DNA of 64,000 nucleotides from Nitrosomonadales bacterium (lineage in GTDB: Bacteria > Pseudomonadota > Gammaproteobacteria > Burkholderiales > SG8-39), in NCBI GenBank assembly GCA_005240145.1, contig SBAS01000088.1, forward strand, positions 4,925 to 68,924. The letters run 5' to 3'. Shown here piece by piece: positions 44,052-54,333 of this stretch. Made by a program: the position numbers and the translations under genes. The first letter of the stretch is position 1, and each line of letters starts with the position of its first letter. The notes under the pieces were generated by a model, which made no database searches, was not told the origin of the DNA, and saw only the letters and a list, made by a program, of their open reading frames with translations.

Positions 44052-46517
44052 TCAATTGCGAACCAACGACCATTGTCCGGTGCAGGTCGCTTGCATTAAT
44101 TTCCCTTCGTAGGTGCCCGCGTATCCCGTGTCCGTGGCGCGCCCGGTAAGCTTGACTTCAATGGTGGCGGCCCGCGCCCAAATTCCGTGAACCGTCGCCG
44201 CAACGGAACCGTCGGGCGCGCTTTGGATTCTCAGATTCGAGAATCCGTTGCCGGAAATGCCTTGTGCGCCGCCCGCCAGTATCTCGATCTCCTCCTGGAC
44301 ATCGATACTCGAGCACCCAAGGTGAATTCCAGAACCGACCATGAGGCGAAATGTGTAGCGGCCTGCCAATCCCACGCGCAGTGGCGTTGCGGCTTTCTCC
44401 GCCGCCTTTTTTGCTGCTGCCTTTGCTGCCGCCGCTTTCTCTTCCGTCGCTTTGTCTGCCGCGGCCTTTTCCGTTGCTGCAAGTTCCGCTGCTTTGGCTT
44501 GCGCCGCCTTCTCCTGCGCAGCTTTCTCTGCCGCAGCTTTCGAGGCCTCGCCCTGTCTCTGCGCATCCGCGATCTTGGCCGCATCGCCCGCCTTCTTTGC
44601 CTCGGCCTCGCGCTGCCTGACCAGTTCGTTCTGCTTCTGCGTCTCTGCCTCCGCTCGCTTCGTTTGCTCCTGCAACTCTTTCAGCTTCGCCTGGTCTCCT
44701 TTCGCGCGCGCTTCGTCTTCGGCCAGTTGCGCCAACTCGACTCGTTTGCGCAATTCCTGCTGGCGCTCGCGGGCAAGGTTCAGATCCTGAGTGGCCTTTG
44801 TGGCTGCTTCGAGCGCGGTGGTCAATTGGGCGAGGCGCGCTTCGTCGCTTGAAGTCGTCCAGTACCAGGCCCCGATCAGCGCGCCGGCGACAAATGCAAA
44901 ACCGATAGCAAGTTGAAGTACCGGCTGCTTCGTGCGCGGGGCTTGCGCGGCGACGCGCTTGAGATCGGCTTCACGCTGCTTGATGTCGGCGAGGCGCCGG
45001 GCCAGTTCCTCGGCCTGTTTCCTGGCCTTCGTCTCGGCGTCGACACGCGTCCTTGCGTCGGCTTCCCGCCGCGCGCGTTCTTCAGCTTCACGTTTGGCCC
45101 TGGCTTCAGCGTCGGCCTTCACTGCCGCGGCTGCACTGGCGGCCGCCTCGGCCTCCCGACGGCGGAATTCCGCTTCGAGCTGGCGAATTTCAGTTTCACG
45201 CTGTGCCACTTCCGCCCGGGCTTCCTGTTGTGCCTTCTCGATCGTCGCGAGGCGGGCTTTCTCCTCGGACGCGGCGCGCGCTTTCGCTTCGGTTTCGCGC
45301 CTCGCCTCGCCCTCGGCGTGTGACTGCTCTTCCGCAATCCGCCTCGTTTCGGACTCTTCCGAGCGCTTTCTATGCGCCGCCTCGCGCTGCGCGAGCTCCG
45401 CTTCCAGTCGCGCCGTTTCTGCGGCGAGCTTCTTCAACTCCCCAGTATCGCGTGCCGGGATTGGCGCAGCGGGCACGACCTGCAGGTTCTGCGCACCCGC
45501 GGCGATGCGCGGCAGTTTGGCAGCCTTCACCCGCGCGAGATCAGCATAGACCCCTGCGGGAAATGCCTTCAGGTAAGTCTCAAATTCGACCGGATCGGAA
45601 CTGTTCCGGATCGCTCGCCAGAATTCGAGTTCAGTATCGCTCGCCTGCAGGCCGCCTCCCGACTGGCCGTCAGCCATCCGCTCGCCACTCAAAGCTCCTT
45701 GAAGAGCAGCCGCAAATTCCCTGGCACTGGCGTAGCGCTGGTCAGGTTTCTTCGCCAGGGCGCGGTTGATGATCTGGTCGAATGCCGGCGATACGCGCGT
45801 TGCCTTGGTCGAGGGCCGCGCCGGCTCATCCTGCATGACCTGCTTGGCTACCGTCCACGCTCCCTCGCCCTTGAACGGCTGCTCGTCGGTGAGCAACTGG
45901 TACAACACGATTCCCGCCGAAAAGACATCGGTGCGCCGGTCCGCCCTTCCCCCAGTGATCTGCTCCGGGGCCATGAATGCGGCCGTACCCACCATAGTGC
46001 CGCCCTTGGAGCGGTCGTTGCCGTCCTGCAGGCGCGCCACGCCGAAGTCCGCGAGCTTCACGCGCCGCTGCGCATCGAGCATCACGTTCGCGGGCTTCAC
46101 ATCGCGGTGGATCACCCCCGCTTCATGCGCAAATTCGAGCGCATCGAGGAGCTCGTTCATGATGCGCACGGCCTCCGCAGGCTCAAAGCGTTCCCTCGCC
46201 TCGAATAGTGCACGCAGTTCGCGCCCTTCGATGAACTCCATCACCAGGTAAGCAATGTCCTCCTGCTCACCGAAGTCGTACACCTGGACGATGTGCGGGT
46301 GGTTGAGCCTGGCGACCGCCCTGGCTTCCCGCGCAAATCTGGCGGAATACGCGCGCTCGGTCTCTTCGTCGAGCACAATGCTCTTGAGAATCGTCTTCAC
46401 CGCCACCGGGCGGTTCAGGCTTGGGTCGAATCCCTCGTAGACGACGCCCATCGCGCCCTTGCCGAGCACGCCGCGCAATTCGTAACGGCCGAGTCTTAAG
46501 AGTTCTGCCATTGTCAA
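44052..46517 (-). CDS. membrane-spanning Ser/Thr protein kinase with coiled-coil/Ala-Lys-Glu-rich regions and an unknown C-terminal domain
   Basis: 821 aa. LGKGAMGVVY, VAVKTI, HRDVKPANVM, DFGVA and APEQ are present. A FWRAIRNSSDPVEFETYLKAFP motif follows. There are E/R/A-rich coiled coils on both sides of the single TM helix (VLQLAIGFAFVAGALIGAWYW). Confidence 0.85.
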   Translation of the reverse strand: MTMAELLRLGRYELRGVLGKGAMGVVYEGFDPSLNRPVAVKTILKSIVLDEETERAYSARFAREARAVARLNHPHIVQVYDFGEQEDIAYLVMEFIEGRELRALFEARERFEPAEAVRIMNELLDALEFAHEAGVIHRDVKPANVMLDAQRRVKLADFGVARLQDGNDRSKGGTMVGTAAFMAPEQITGGRADRRTDVFSAGIVLYQLLTDEQPFKGEGAWTVAKQVMQDEPARPSTKATRVSPAFDQIINRALAKKPDQRYASAREFAAALQGALSGERMADGQSGGGLQASDTELEFWRAIRNSSDPVEFETYLKAFPAGVYADLARVKAAKLPRIAAGAQNLQVVPAAPIPARDTGELKKLAAETARLEAELAQREAAHRKRSEESETRRIAEEQSHAEGEARRETEAKARAASEEKARLATIEKAQQEARAEVAQRETEIRQLEAEFRRREAEAAASAAAAVKADAEARAKREAEERARREADARTRVDAETKARKQAEELARRLADIKQREADLKRVAAQAPRTKQPVLQLAIGFAFVAGALIGAWYWTTSSDEARLAQLTTALEAATKATQDLNLARERQQELRKRVELAQLAEDEARAKGDQAKLKELQEQTKRAEAETQKQNELVRQREAEAKKAGDAAKIADAQRQGEASKAAAEKAAQEKAAQAKAAELAATEKAAADKATEEKAAAAKAAAKKAAEKAATPLRVGLAGRYTFRLMVGSGIHLGCSSIDVQEEIEILAGGAQGISGNGFSNLRIQSAPDGSVAATVHGIWARAATIEVKLTGRATDTGYAGTYEGKLMQATCTGQWSLVRN

Positions 46518-46555
46518 CTAACCTAAGTGGTTAGCATCGGGAAGGGAATAACGAC

Positions 46556-46939
46556 CTACTTGCGCTCGATGAATTCGATCTTGTAGCCGTCGGGGTCGGC
46601 GACGAACGCGATTACGGTCGTGCCGCCCTTTACCGGCCCGGCCTCGCGGGTGACCGTGCCGCCTTTCGCCTTCACCGTGGCGCAGGCCTTCGCGACATCG
46701 GCAAACTCCAGCGCGATGTGGCCGAAGCCGGCGCCGAGGTCGTACTTGTCGACGCCGTAGTTGTAGGTCAGTTCCAGCACCGCGCTCTTGTCTTCGCCTT
46801 CGTAGCCAACGAAGGCGAGCGAATATTTCTGCTCGGGCCGGTCGGTGGTGCGCAGCAGCTTCATGCCGAGCACCTCGGTATAGAACTTGATGGAGCGCTC
46901 GAGGTTGCCGACCCGGAGCATGGTGTGCAGGATTCTCAT
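46556..46939 (-). CDS. gloA: lactoylglutathione lyase (glyoxalase I)
   Basis: 127 aa. [20 protein letters not shown]...GFGHIA...[11 protein letters not shown]. Confidence 0.95.
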   Translation of the reverse strand: MRILHTMLRVGNLERSIKFYTEVLGMKLLRTTDRPEQKYSLAFVGYEGEDKSAVLELTYNYGVDKYDLGAGFGHIALEFADVAKACATVKAKGGTVTREAGPVKGGTTVIAFVADPDGYKIEFIERK

Positions 46940-46950
46940 GCGTGCTTACC

Positions 46951-47766
46951 TCATATTCTCGGAATGGTTGCGGCGAGTGCTTCGATGCGCTCGCGCGCTT
47001 CGCGCCAGTGAGGATACAGCCATTCGACCAGCGCCCAGAAGCGTTCCGAATGGTTTAGCTCGACAAGATGCGCGACTTCGTGGGCGACGACGTAGTCTGC
47101 CAGTTCCGGGTCAAGGTGTACCAGGCGCCAGGACAGGCGGATGCGGCCGCTCGACATGCACACGCCCCACTGGGTGCGGGCGCTGGAGAGCCCGAGCGGG
47201 GGCGGCGGCAGGCTGACGCGCGACGCGTAGTGCGCCACGCGCGGCGCCAGCGCTTCCAGCGCGCGCGATTTCAGCCAATGCAGCAGCAGCGCGCGCACCG
47301 CGCCCCGGCGGTGCGGCTCGGGCAGGCCGATGTGCAGCTGCGTGCCGACGAGGTTCACGGCGCGCCTGGATTGCGCCACGACCAGCACGATGTCGCGCCC
47401 GAAGAGGGGCAGCGTCTCGCCGCTTTCGCCGAAGATCGTCTGCGCCTTGCCCGCCGCCGCGCGCTGGTCGAGCTTGTCGAGGATCCAGCGCGCCTTCTCG
47501 TGCAGGAAACCCTCGATCTCGCGCCAGGGCGCCCGCAGCGGGGCGGCGACCGCGAGACCGTGTTCGCTTACCTTGATGCCGATGGTGCGCCGGGGCCGGC
47601 GCTCGAAGCGGAATTCGACCGCGCGCCCCTCCAGCAGGGCATGGCGCGTCGGCCCGGCGTCGGCCGGGGGCGGCTCGTCAAACAGCGTCAGCTGTTCCTG
47701 CGCTTTCAGCGCCAGCTGTCCTGACGCCGCTAGCTGTCCAGGATCTTTTGCTGCGTCTCGATCCAC
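46951..47766 (-). CDS. M48/YgjP-like (DUF45) zinc metallopeptidase
   Basis: HEVAHLVELNHSERFW (the HExxH motif). Start taken as GTG 47766, overlapping the plsC 3' end by 37 nt. The track start at 48279 would lie wholly inside plsC. Confidence 0.65.
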   Translation of the reverse strand: MDRDAAKDPGQLAASGQLALKAQEQLTLFDEPPPADAGPTRHALLEGRAVEFRFERRPRRTIGIKVSEHGLAVAAPLRAPWREIEGFLHEKARWILDKLDQRAAAGKAQTIFGESGETLPLFGRDIVLVVAQSRRAVNLVGTQLHIGLPEPHRRGAVRALLLHWLKSRALEALAPRVAHYASRVSLPPPPLGLSSARTQWGVCMSSGRIRLSWRLVHLDPELADYVVAHEVAHLVELNHSERFWALVEWLYPHWREARERIEALAATIPRI

Positions 47767-48437
47767 TGTTCGGCAATCGCGTTGATCGTCTCCGGGTCCC
47801 GCCCCGCGCTCTCGATCGGCGGCCCGATGCGCACCTTCACCTCGCCCGCATACTTGAGGAAGGAGTTGCGCGGCCAGAGCCGACCCGCATTGTGCGCCAC
47901 CGGCACCACCGCTGCACCGGCGTGCGCCGCGAGCCAGGCACCCCCGAGCTGGTACTTGCGCGTCCTGCCGGGGCGCACGCGCGTGCCCTCGGGAAATACC
48001 ACCACCCAGAAGCCCTGTTCCAGGCGCTGCTTGCCGCGGCGCGCCATCTGGCGCAGGGCCGCCAGGCCGCGCCCGCGATTGATCGCAATCGGGCTCATCA
48101 GCGCGAGGCCCCAGCCGAAGAACGGGATCCAGAGCAACTCGCGCTTCAGCACGTGCACCTGGGGCGGGAAGATTTCCTGGAAGGCGAGGGTTTCCCAGGC
48201 CGACTGGTGCTTGGACAGGATCACGGCCGGCTCGCGTGGCAGGTGCTCCCGCCCTTCGACGCTCCAGCGCACGCCGCACAGGAGCCGCAAGGCATGCAGC
48301 ACCAGCAGCGACCAGCCCGAAATGACGCGGTAGCGCGCGAGGCGCGGCAGCGGCGCGCTCGCAATCGCGAGGAGGGCGTAGGGCGGGGTGACGATCAGCA
48401 GCGCGAGCCAGAAGAGGGCTGAGCGCAGGAAGGTCAT
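47730..48437 (-). CDS. plsC: 1-acyl-sn-glycerol-3-phosphate acyltransferase
   Basis: 235 aa. N-terminal TM helix, SKHQSAWETL acyltransferase block I, FPEGTR block III. Confidence 0.85.
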   Translation of the reverse strand: MTFLRSALFWLALLIVTPPYALLAIASAPLPRLARYRVISGWSLLVLHALRLLCGVRWSVEGREHLPREPAVILSKHQSAWETLAFQEIFPPQVHVLKRELLWIPFFGWGLALMSPIAINRGRGLAALRQMARRGKQRLEQGFWVVVFPEGTRVRPGRTRKYQLGGAWLAAHAGAAVVPVAHNAGRLWPRNSFLKYAGEVKVRIGPPIESAGRDPETINAIAEQWIETQQKILDS

Positions 48438-48461
48438 AAAGGCGCGGTCATGACTGGGCCG

Positions 48462-48995
48462 TCACGGCGCAAGGCGCGCCGCGATCGCGGCAAGATTGGC
48501 GAAGACCTCGGTGCCCTTGGGCAGACCGCCCGCCTCGCGCGTCTGCCGGCCCTTGCCGGTGAGAACGAGGTAAGGCTGCGCGCCCACCGCGGCGGCCGCC
48601 TCGAGGTCGCGCAGCGCATCGCCGATCATCGGCACGCCCTGCAGTTCGACGTTGAAGCGCGAGCCGATCTCGCGCAAGAGGCCGGGCTTGGGCTTGCGGC
48701 ACTCGCAGTTCGAGTCCGCGGCGTGCGGGCAGAAGAAGATCGCGTCGATGCGGCCGCCGGCCTGGCCGATGGCGCGGTGCATCTCGCCGTGGATCGCGTT
48801 CAGCGTCGTCATGTCGAACAGGCCGCGTGCGATGCCCGACTGGTTGGTCGCCACGACGATGCGCCAGCCGCCCTGCGTCAGGCGCGCGATGCCCTCCAGG
48901 CTGCCCGGGATCGGCCGCCACTCGGCCGGCGACTTGATGTACTGGTCGCTGTCCTGGTTGATGGTGCCGTCGCGATCGAGTATCACGAGCTTCAC
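48462..48995 (-). CDS. gmhB: D-glycero-beta-D-manno-heptose-1,7-bisphosphate 7-phosphatase
   Basis: 177 aa. LVILDRDGTIN (HAD motif I), ATNQSGIARG, and the Zn site CPH...C-C-RKPKPG. Confidence 0.9.
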   Translation of the reverse strand: MKLVILDRDGTINQDSDQYIKSPAEWRPIPGSLEGIARLTQGGWRIVVATNQSGIARGLFDMTTLNAIHGEMHRAIGQAGGRIDAIFFCPHAADSNCECRKPKPGLLREIGSRFNVELQGVPMIGDALRDLEAAAAVGAQPYLVLTGKGRQTREAGGLPKGTEVFANLAAIAARLAP

Positions 48996-49017
48996 GCGAG
49001 TGATCCTTCGTCCAGCT

Positions 49018-51057
49018 TCATGTCGCGAGCTTCGAGAGGTCGGCGACGCGATTCATGGATTCGCGCAGGTCGCGCAATAGCGCTAGGCGGCTGCTACGCA
49101 GCGTCTTGTCCTCGGCCATCACCATGACCTTTTCGAAGAACGTGTCGACCGGCGCCTTGAGGACGGCAAAGCTCTTCAAATAGCCGCTGTAGTCGCCTTT
49201 CTCGTAGAGGGACTTTGCGGCTGCATTGGTCTTGTTGATTGCTGCATGCAATGCAAGCTCTGCCGGCTCCTTGAGATCACCAGCCTTGAAGGTCTCGCCC
49301 TTTGCTTCGGCCTGCTTGAGGATATTCACGATCCGTTTGTTCGCGGCCGCAAGGCTTTCCGCTTCCGGCAGTGCCTGAAATGCCTTCACGGCCTCCAATT
49401 GCTGCAGCACCACGCTCAGACCGGTGGGATGCAAGCTCAGAACGGAATCAATCTGCAGCGTGGAAAAGCCCTGTTCCTTGAGGTAGCCGGCGAAACGGTC
49501 GTACACGAACTGTATGAGTTCCGGCACGGCCTTGCTTTGGAAGGGTTCGAATGCCGCCTTCGCCAGCTCGGCCAGCGACAAATGCAGCCGGTTCTCCACC
49601 AGGATGCGCACCACGCCGAGCGCGGCGCGGCGCAGGCCGAAGGGGTCCTTGTCGCCGCTGGGTTGCTGGCCGATGCTGAAGAGGCCCGCGATGGCGTCGA
49701 GCTTGTCCGCCAGCGCGAGCGCGCAGGCGATCGGTCCCTCCGGGAGGCGATCGCCGGCGAAGCGCGGGCGGTAATGCGCTTCGATTGCGTCCGCGACAGC
49801 CGCCGGCTCCTTGTCGTGCAGTGCGTAGTAGCGCCCCATGACGCCCTGCAACTCCGGGAATTCGCCCACCATACCGCTCAGCAGGTCCGCCTTGCACAGT
49901 CGCGCGGCTCTTGCGGCATGAGATTTTTCGGCTTTCAATTGAATCGAAATTAGCGTCGCCAGAACTTCAATTCGATCGACCTGATCAAGCTGGCTGCCGA
50001 GTTTGTTGTGATAGACGACCTTCGAGAGGAGCGCCACGCGCGCCTCCAGGCTCTGCTTGCGGTCCTGGTCGTAGAAGAAACGCGCGTCCTCCAGCCGCGG
50101 CCGCACCACGCGCTGGTTGCCGCCGATGATGTGGCGCGGGTCGGCGACCTGCATGTTCGACACGATGAGGAACTTCCCGGTGAGCTTGCCCGCGGCGTCG
50201 AACAGCGGGAAGTATTTCTGGTTCTGCCGCATCGTCAGGATCAGGCACTCCTGCGGCACTTCGAGGAACGCCTTGTCGAATTCGCCGACATAGACGCTCG
50301 GGTGCTCCACCAGCGCCGTGACTTCATCCAGCAACAGCTGGTACGCGCCGAGGCTGGCATCGTATTTTTTCGCTTCTGACTGCAACTGCTTGTCGATCTC
50401 CGCCCTGCGCTTGCCGAAATCGACCATTACCTTGCCTTCATCGAGCAGTTTCTTCTCGTACTCGTCCGCACTCGCGAGAGTGATCTCGGCCTTGCCCATG
50501 AAACGGTGGCCGCGCGTCTTGTTGCCCGACTGCAGGCCGAGCACGGCTCCGGGAACGACGTGCTTACCGTGCAGCATCACCAGGCTGTGCGCCGGGCGCA
50601 CGAACTGAGCCGCGCCCGCGCCCCAGCGCATGATCTTAGGGACGGGAAGTCTTTTCAGCGCATCGCCAACAAGCCCGGCGAGGACGGCATCGAGGTTGAC
50701 GCCCTTAGTTGTTGCTTTTGCGAACACAACCATTCCCTTCGGTGTGTCGCGCTGTTCTAGCGTCGCTACTTCTACATTATGTTTCTTCGCAAATCCCGCA
50801 ATTGCGGCTGCCGGCGCGCTCGTAGAAGGGCCGGAAACTTCGTTAACGCGATCGCTTGCGGCGGCTGCGACATTCGTAATCAGGACGGCCAGGCGGCGAG
50901 GGGTAGCGAAAAATGTGGCCCTAGCCGCTCCATCGACGAGGCCAGCGTCTCCCAAGCCGAGCAGAACTCCCTCCGAAAACGCGCCACCGAGACGACTTAA
51001 TGCTTTTGGGGGCAATTCCTCGGTCAGCAGTTCGATCAGCAACGTCGCTTTGGTCAC
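49018..51057 (-). CDS. glyS: glycine--tRNA ligase beta subunit
   Basis: GTG 51057 overlaps the glyQ stop (GTGA) and gives [20 protein letters not shown], the conserved GlyS N-terminus. Confidence 0.9.
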   Translation of the reverse strand: MTKATLLIELLTEELPPKALSRLGGAFSEGVLLGLGDAGLVDGAARATFFATPRRLAVLITNVAAAASDRVNEVSGPSTSAPAAAIAGFAKKHNVEVATLEQRDTPKGMVVFAKATTKGVNLDAVLAGLVGDALKRLPVPKIMRWGAGAAQFVRPAHSLVMLHGKHVVPGAVLGLQSGNKTRGHRFMGKAEITLASADEYEKKLLDEGKVMVDFGKRRAEIDKQLQSEAKKYDASLGAYQLLLDEVTALVEHPSVYVGEFDKAFLEVPQECLILTMRQNQKYFPLFDAAGKLTGKFLIVSNMQVADPRHIIGGNQRVVRPRLEDARFFYDQDRKQSLEARVALLSKVVYHNKLGSQLDQVDRIEVLATLISIQLKAEKSHAARAARLCKADLLSGMVGEFPELQGVMGRYYALHDKEPAAVADAIEAHYRPRFAGDRLPEGPIACALALADKLDAIAGLFSIGQQPSGDKDPFGLRRAALGVVRILVENRLHLSLAELAKAAFEPFQSKAVPELIQFVYDRFAGYLKEQGFSTLQIDSVLSLHPTGLSVVLQQLEAVKAFQALPEAESLAAANKRIVNILKQAEAKGETFKAGDLKEPAELALHAAINKTNAAAKSLYEKGDYSGYLKSFAVLKAPVDTFFEKVMVMAEDKTLRSSRLALLRDLRESMNRVADLSKLAT

Positions 51058-51926
51058 GGCTTCACCATGGGGAAGCCCATCCGCTCGCGCGATTCGTAGT
51101 AGGCCTGGGAGACGGCGCGGGCGAGGGCGCGGACGCGACCGATGTAGGCGGCGCGCTCGGTGACGGAAATCGCGCCGCGCGCATCGAGCAGATTGAAGCC
51201 GTGCGATGCCTTCAGGACCATTTCGTAGGCGGGCAGCACGCATTGCGCCGCGATCAGTCTTTTGGCCTCTTGTTCATGGTTCTTGAATGAATCAAAGAGG
51301 AATTCGACGTTCGAGAGTTCGAAGTTGTAGCGCGACTGCTCGACTTCGTTCTGGTGGTAGACGTCCCGATAGCTGACCCCGGGCGTCCATTCCAGGTCGA
51401 AGATGCTGTCCTTGCGCTGCAGGTACATCGCGACACGTTCCAGGCCGTAGGTGATCTCGCCCAGCACGGGCTTGCAGTCGAGCCCGCCGACTTGCTGGAA
51501 ATACGTGAATTGGGTGACTTCCATGCCGTCGAGCCAGACTTCCCAGCCCAGGCCCCAGGCACCCAGCGTGGGCGATTCCCAGTCGTCCTCGACAAAACGT
51601 ATGTCGTGCTCTTTGGGGTCTATGCCCAGGTTCGTCAATGAACCCAAATACAAATCCTGGATATCCGGCGGCGAAGGCTTCAGCACCACCTGGTACTGGT
51701 AGTAGTGCTGCAGCCGGTTGGGGTTGTCGCCGTAGCGGCCGTCCTTGGGACGGCGCGAGGGCTGCACGTAGGCTGCTTTCCAGGGTTCCGGTCCGATGGC
51801 GCGCAGGAAAGTCGCGGTGTGGAAGGTTCCCGCGCCCATTTCCATGTCGTAAGGCTGCAGCAGTACGCAGCCGCGCTTGTCCCAGTAATCGTTGAGATTG
51901 AGGATGAGTTGCTGGAAATTGAGCAT
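51054..51926 (-). CDS. glyQ: glycine--tRNA ligase alpha subunit
   Basis: 290 aa. [12 protein letters not shown]...[23 protein letters not shown]. Confidence 0.95.
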   Translation of the reverse strand: MLNFQQLILNLNDYWDKRGCVLLQPYDMEMGAGTFHTATFLRAIGPEPWKAAYVQPSRRPKDGRYGDNPNRLQHYYQYQVVLKPSPPDIQDLYLGSLTNLGIDPKEHDIRFVEDDWESPTLGAWGLGWEVWLDGMEVTQFTYFQQVGGLDCKPVLGEITYGLERVAMYLQRKDSIFDLEWTPGVSYRDVYHQNEVEQSRYNFELSNVEFLFDSFKNHEQEAKRLIAAQCVLPAYEMVLKASHGFNLLDARGAISVTERAAYIGRVRALARAVSQAYYESRERMGFPMVKP

Positions 51927-51939
51927 GCGCCGCTGAATT

Positions 51940-53481
51940 TTAACGGCTGCGCCTGCGCAGCGCGACGAACACGAGCGCCAGCACGGCGAGCAGGACCGCC
52001 GGCCAGTCGCCGAAGCGCACGTAGGGCGTCGCGCCGCTGTAGCCGCGCACTTCCATGTCGACCTGTCCCTGCACGAACTGCTTCGCCTGCTGGCGCACCG
52101 AACCGTCGGGCCAGATCGCGGCGGTGATACCGGTATTGGCTGCGGTGAGATAGACGCGGCCCGTCTCCAGTGCGCGCATGCGGGCGATCTGCAGGTGCTG
52201 CGCCGGTGCGAGCGAGTCGCCGAACCAGGCGACGTTCGACACGTTTACCAGCAGCGTGGCTTCGGGCAGCTGGCGGATGATCTCGGCGCCGTACACATCC
52301 TCGTAGCAGACGTTCACGGCCACGCGCTGGCCGGCGATCGCCATCGGCCGCTGGTCGGTGGCACCGCGCGCGAAATCCGCCAGCGGGATGGAGAGCGCGC
52401 GCACGATCCAGCCGAATGCGGGCGGCACGAACTCGCCGAAAGGTACAAGGTGCACCTTGTCGTACCTGGACGAGGGCGAGACGCCCAGGCTGATGACGGA
52501 GTTGAGATAGGCGCCTGAGGCGCCGCGCACCGGAATTCCCAGCAGCAGGTCGCCGCGATTGCGCACGGCGGCCGCCTTGAGCCGCTCGATGTAGGCGGGA
52601 TCGACCAGGTCGAGGAACCGTGGCACTGCCGTCTCGGGCAGCACGATCAGCCGCGCGTTGCTGCCCTCGGCCAGGCGTGCATAGGTCTCGAGGATGCGTG
52701 CGTAGCGCGCCGGATCGAACTTCATGTCCTGCGGCACGTTGCCCTGCAGGAGCGCGACGCGCAGCGGCTCGCCAAAGGGCGCCGTCCACTCCCGCGCGCG
52801 CAAGGCGTAGCCGCACACGAGCACGAGCACCAGCGTGCTCGCGGCGATCCAGCGCGTGCGGCGCGCGCTGCAAAACGCGATGCACCGCAGGAGTCCTGCC
52901 GTCACCGCCAGCGCCAGAGAAACCGCGTACACGCCGCCCAGCGGCGCGTAGCCCGAGAGCGGATCGTCGATCGCCACGTAGCCGACGGCGAGCCACGGGA
53001 AACCCGTCAGGAACCAGCTGAGTGGCCACTCCAGCAGCACCCAGGCGGCGGGAATGACGAGCACGGCGCGCAGCGCCTCGGGTGTCTCGGCATCTCGCGC
53101 AATGCGCGCCTGGAGCCAGCCTGCCAGCGCGGGGAAAAGCGCAAGGAAGGCGCAAAAGCCGAGCGTAGCCGCAGCGGCAAGCGGCATCGGCATGGCGCCG
53201 AAACGGTGCAGGCTCACGTACACCCAGGACACGCCAGCGCCGTAGAGTCCGAGGCCGAAGCAGAACCCGACCCAGGCAGCGGCGCCGGGCGAGGGCGCGC
53301 GCAGCCAGAGGTGGACCAGTACCGCCAGCGCTGCAAGCGTGGCGGGGAAAAAATCAGCCGGCGAAAAGCCGAGCACCGCAGCCGCGCCCGCCACAAACGC
53401 CAAAAACGCCAAAAACAGGGACAGACCCCGTTTTCCTGACTCTTGGCTGCGGAAAACGGAGTCTGTCCCTGTTTTTATCAC
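51940..53481 (-). CDS. lnt: apolipoprotein N-acyltransferase
   Basis: 513 aa. Multi-TM N-terminal half plus a CN-hydrolase domain (VNVCYED). It follows corC as in E. coli. Confidence 0.9.
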   Translation of the reverse strand: MIKTGTDSVFRSQESGKRGLSLFLAFLAFVAGAAAVLGFSPADFFPATLAALAVLVHLWLRAPSPGAAAWVGFCFGLGLYGAGVSWVYVSLHRFGAMPMPLAAAATLGFCAFLALFPALAGWLQARIARDAETPEALRAVLVIPAAWVLLEWPLSWFLTGFPWLAVGYVAIDDPLSGYAPLGGVYAVSLALAVTAGLLRCIAFCSARRTRWIAASTLVLVLVCGYALRAREWTAPFGEPLRVALLQGNVPQDMKFDPARYARILETYARLAEGSNARLIVLPETAVPRFLDLVDPAYIERLKAAAVRNRGDLLLGIPVRGASGAYLNSVISLGVSPSSRYDKVHLVPFGEFVPPAFGWIVRALSIPLADFARGATDQRPMAIAGQRVAVNVCYEDVYGAEIIRQLPEATLLVNVSNVAWFGDSLAPAQHLQIARMRALETGRVYLTAANTGITAAIWPDGSVRQQAKQFVQGQVDMEVRGYSGATPYVRFGDWPAVLLAVLALVFVALRRRSR

Positions 53482-54302
53482 GCCTTCGGTTTCTCCACGA
53501 TCAGCGTATACACGCGGCGGCTGTCGGCGCGCAGTACGTGGAACCTGTACCCGGAGATGACCAGCGCTTCGCCGCGCTTGGGCAACCGGCCCAGGTGCGC
53601 GATGACCAGGCCGCCCACCGTATCGTGTTCCGCGTCGCTGAATTCGGTGCCGAAAGCGGCATTGAAGTCGGCGATCTGCGTCAACGCCTTGATGCGGTAG
53701 CGTCCGCCCGGTTCGGGCAGGATGTTGTCGCTCGCTTCGTCGAAATCGTACTCGTCCTCGATGTCGCCCACGATCTGCTCGAGGACGTCCTCGATGGTGA
53801 CAAGCCCCGCCACGCCGCCGTACTCGTCCACCACGATCGCCATGTGGTTGCGGCTGGCGCGAAATTCGCGCAGCAGCACGTTGAGGCGCTTGGATTCGGG
53901 CACGAAGATCGCAGGCCGCAGCATTTCGCGCACGTTGAACTGTTCTTCGCCCGCATAGTGTCGCAGCAGGTCCTTGGCGAGCAGCACGCCGATCACGTCG
54001 TCGCGGTTCTGGCCGAACACGGGAAAGCGCGAGTGCGCCGAACTGATCACCTGCGGCATGAACTGGTCCACCGGCTCGTTGATGTCGATCACGTCCATCT
54101 GCGCGCGCGGAATCATGATGTCGCGCACCTGCATCTCCGACACGGTGAGCGCGCCCTCGACGATGGACAGCGCGTCCGCGTCGAGCAGGTTGCGCTGAAA
54201 CGCCGAGCGCAGCAGCAGGACCAGGTTGGCGCGGTTGGTGGGTTCGCGCAGCACCAGCGCGGACAGGCGATCGAGCAGGCTGGGACGGGCGGAATCGGTC
54301 AT
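53478..54302 (-). CDS. corC: CBS-pair / CorC_HlyC transporter-associated protein
   Basis: 274 aa. VRDIMIPRAQM, a CBS pair, and a C-terminal CorC_HlyC domain (GGLVIAHLGRLPKRGE). Confidence 0.85.
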   Translation of the reverse strand: MTDSARPSLLDRLSALVLREPTNRANLVLLLRSAFQRNLLDADALSIVEGALTVSEMQVRDIMIPRAQMDVIDINEPVDQFMPQVISSAHSRFPVFGQNRDDVIGVLLAKDLLRHYAGEEQFNVREMLRPAIFVPESKRLNVLLREFRASRNHMAIVVDEYGGVAGLVTIEDVLEQIVGDIEDEYDFDEASDNILPEPGGRYRIKALTQIADFNAAFGTEFSDAEHDTVGGLVIAHLGRLPKRGEALVISGYRFHVLRADSRRVYTLIVEKPKA

Positions 54303-54333
54303 TGCGGCGGGAGGGCTATTTTACCGCCTCGCC

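Noticed and set aside
44010-44054. Selenocysteine insertion at the kinase TGA (a small GGCGG...CCGCC hairpin follows the stop)
   Set aside because: The hairpin is short and lacks the size and apical features of a bacterial SECIS. A Sec residue at an inter-domain linker has no functional rationale. A nonsense mutation or plain readthrough explains the data more simply.
44380-44600. Short-period nucleotide repeats that might suggest a CRISPR array or VNTR
   Set aside because: They are the coding image of the Ala/Lys/Glu low-complexity tract of the kinase. The repeats are degenerate and there is no repeat-spacer architecture.
46518-46555. 6-bp inverted repeat CTAACC-TAAGT-GGTTAG between gloA and the kinase start
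   Set aside because: It is too short to distinguish from chance, and it has no T-tract or clear promoter context.
46951-48279. Apparent lack of a start codon for the M48/YgjP-like peptidase (the track ORF begins inside plsC at 48279)
   Set aside because: An in-frame GTG at 47766, overlapping the plsC 3' end by 37 nt, gives a normal-sized 271-aa protein. No non-canonical initiation needs to be invoked.
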